A stretch of DNA of 64,000 bases, taken from contig CM059438.1 of assembly GCA_030390025.1 (NCBI GenBank), positions 60,080,001-60,144,000 of the forward strand, in the 5' to 3' direction. Source of the DNA: Squalus acanthias. Taxonomy: Eukaryota. Numbering within the stretch: the stretch's first letter is position 1; the number at the start of each line of letters is the position of its first letter. This document shows positions 61,724-64,000 of the stretch, piece after piece. The notes under the pieces were generated by a model that saw only the letters and a program-made list of their open reading frames with translations, was not told the origin of the DNA and did no database searches. Made by a program: the position numbers and the translations under genes.

Positions 61724-62171
61724 CTGGAATAAATAGAACATGTTATATTTTATCCTGGAATTTCAGTGCAGAATATTTCTTAAATTACGGCCTGTCTCTG
61801 TTTAATGTAGTCCACACAGCTGAGTACAGTCACACCTGTATAATGGGCAGAGTGTATAAGGGGCGGGGTGTATAAGTGGCTGTTGTCTAACCAATCCGCA
61901 ATCTCCTGTTTTACACCAACACTGACAGTTAAATTCAGCCCTTTACTGTGGCCCAGTATCTAACGCATTGCTGAAATCTGAATATCTGGCACCCACACAA
62001 TTTCTGTGGCCAGCAAGTTTAAACATTTCTTCGAATTCCTCCAGTAAATTTGTTGGGCAAGCCCTTCTTCCCATAATTCCGTGCCCACTCCCTCTAACCC
62101 TACCATATCCCAGTTGGCTCATCTGAGCTCAGACCCCAATTGAACAGTTAATTAGTGTTATAATCACTCAC

Positions 62172-62241
62172 CGGCCCCAGCAGAATGGAGGGCGATCGCA
62201 CACAACGCAGCCAACAGCACTAGAAGAGAAAGTGGCTTCAT
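62172..62241 (-). CDS. Secreted cationic-peptide precursor, exon 1: signal peptide MKPLSLLVLLAALCAIALHSAGA
   Basis: ATG with A at -3, about 48 bp downstream of TATATAAA. n/h/c signal-peptide pattern ending in A-G-A; gtgagt donor, phase 1. Confidence 0.87.
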
Positions 62242-62259
62242 TTTCCCGAGCTGAATGCC

Positions 62260-62450
62260 AAGTGATGAGCTGCACTCTCCTCCGGTCCTTTATATACCGT
62301 CTTATCATCGCATCTCAGAATTGGTCCCAATCTCACTTTCCAAGAATCCCCTTGTCCATTGTCAGGACAATGCTCACCTGGTTGATAATCTGATTCCAGG
62401 TAACGGCCGTGACAGATAGTAGAATGACAAACCTCAAATGAGTCACCGCC
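62260..62450 (-). promoter_or_regulatory. Core and proximal promoter of the secreted-peptide gene
   Basis: TATATAAA at 62296-62289; GATAAG at 62306-62301; CCAAT in both orientations at 62320-62331; GGAAAGTG at 62341-62334; TGAGTCA (AP-1 consensus) at 62439-62445. Confidence 0.7.
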
Positions 62451-62525
62451 TGTCTTTAAAGCATTCATTGTTATTTCATCTTTTATTACTAGAACTGATA
62501 AACAAATGAAGATTGCCGATGCTCA

Positions 62526-62942
62526 TTGGAGTTTAGAAGAATGAGCGGTGATCTTCTTGAAACGTATAAGATTCTGAGGGGGCTTGACAAGGTAGATGCA
62601 GGTAGGATGTTTCCCCTTGGGGGGAATCGAGAACTGGGGGCATAGTTTCAGAATAAGGGGTCGCCCCTTTAAAATGGAGATGAGGAGGAATTTCTTCTCT
62701 CAGAGGGTTGTGAATCTTTTGAATTCTCTACCCCAGAGAGCTGTGGTGGCTGGGTTATTAAATATATTTAAGGTGGAGATAGACAGATTTTTGAACGATA
62801 AGGGAGTCAAGGATTATGGCGAGTGGGCAGGAAAGTGGAGTTGAGGCCAAGACCAGATCAGCCATGATCATATCGAATGGCGGAGCAGGCTCGAGGGACA
62901 AATGGCCTACTCCTGCTCCTATTTCTAATGTTCTTATGTTCT
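62526..62942 (+). mobile_element. CR1 3' fragment
   Basis: HSFRIRGRPFKMEMRRNFFSQRVV plus tail. Confidence 0.85.
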
Positions 62943-64000
62943 TATTGCTGCATATCCGAGAGAGTCCCAATGTGAGTCACACAATGAGATCGATAAATTC
63001 TAGGGAGCAGGGCTGGTGAGGACAAAAGGGGAAGTCAGTGGGGAAAATAATTCAATGTTTATGATTACTTCAAACACCGGGTGCAAAGAGATGATGGACC
63101 TCTTTGTCTTCAAGATTGAGACCATCTCCACAGCTGACTCTGCCAATTCTCCCCTTTCTCTCCTTCTTGCTCCTGACTTTCCCCACACTCCGCAACCCTG
63201 TACAGCCCAGATCCCCATTACTCTGCAGCTTCTCTCCATCTCTCCCATGCCCGTCTCTAGAACCCTACTCCACTCTTGACCACTCAACTCTTGGCCACTC
63301 AATGTTTGCTCCTGGACCCCATGCTAGTGGACATTGTTAACAGCGCCTATTCCTTAGGAAACATTGGCCCAAAAATTAGTGAGGGAGCCTTCGTGCGGGG
63401 GTAAGGCTTCCCCGCGATATCTCACTGCGCGCCGGCTTTTTCATTCCCAGCTCGCACGAACTTGATGTTCTAGACATCAGCTGGGCAGTGCTTGCGTATC
63501 CCACAGGCGCAGTTAATTCGTGCGAGCTGTGGGATCACGTGATTCAGTTAGAGCCAATGGCAGCACACCATCTTTCATTCATAGTTTTCACAATCAAGTG
63601 CTGTGAAAGCTATGAATCTATACCCCCCCAAAAGAACAGCTAAACCTCAATTAAATTAAAAAAAAACCATCACATTAATAAAATAAGTATAGTTAAATAA
63701 ATTAACCACTTTAAACAAAAAATAAAATTTTTGAAAAAATTTAAAATCTTTTAAAAAGTTATAAAAATAAACTTACCTTTCTTTAAAGTCTCTAAAAAAG
63801 ATATACCTGTTGAAAATAATTCAAAATAATACTTAATTAACTACTTACCTTGTTAAAAGAGGGTCTTACGCCTCCTTTCTTTATGTGTAAAATCTTCCAT
63901 GCTTACCTGCGGGTTCAAAGCACTAAGTGCACTGCGTGCGCGCAGCCTGTAGCGCGCACGCGGTTCACTTAGGAACCGCCCCCTTTTGAAATCACCAAGT

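Noticed and set aside
62172..62241. Osteocalcin/MGP or cathelicidin identity for the minus-strand gene
   Set aside because: The signal peptide looks similar, but no Gla domain (ExxxExC) and no four-cysteine cathelin domain appears in any exon found.
63366..64000. Element with a 13-bp internal inverted repeat (cagctcgcacgaa/ttcgtgcgagctg)
   Set aside because: Probably another Harbinger-type non-autonomous element cut by the window end. The second TIR is not visible, so it is not called.

Overview
Vertebrate nuclear DNA, mostly transposable elements. The repeat mix (CR1 LINEs with esterase ORF1, Deu-domain SacSINE1-like SINEs, Harbinger elements and MITEs, Penelope, RTE, L1, L2) points to a cartilaginous fish. 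Two host genes face each other tail-to-tail. (1) A divergent beta-tubulin on the + strand: exons 2-4 at 16728-16836, 16932-17042 and 37123-38186, a 20 kb intron 3, and exon 1 not found in the window. (2) A gene on the - strand that the ORF track misses entirely, about 62270 down to 52830. It has a TATA promoter, five small phase-1 coding exons and a 3'UTR exon. It encodes a 158-aa secreted precursor: signal peptide, acidic pro-region, a QKR dibasic site, a 39-aa segment with 24 K/R, and an acidic (APAEEE)n tail. This is the best candidate for an undescribed system, a possible prepro host-defence peptide, and it also has a duplicated alternative last coding exon. Other points of note: an intact 1266-aa Gypsy gag-pol with an apparent self-priming PBS, a 5' LTR reduced to 50 bp and a YLDN RT motif; three Penelope-type minimal hammerhead ribozymes with covariation; a solo LTR; and a candidate structured RNA in tubulin intron 3. 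Boundaries of degraded repeats are approximate, and no database search was possible.
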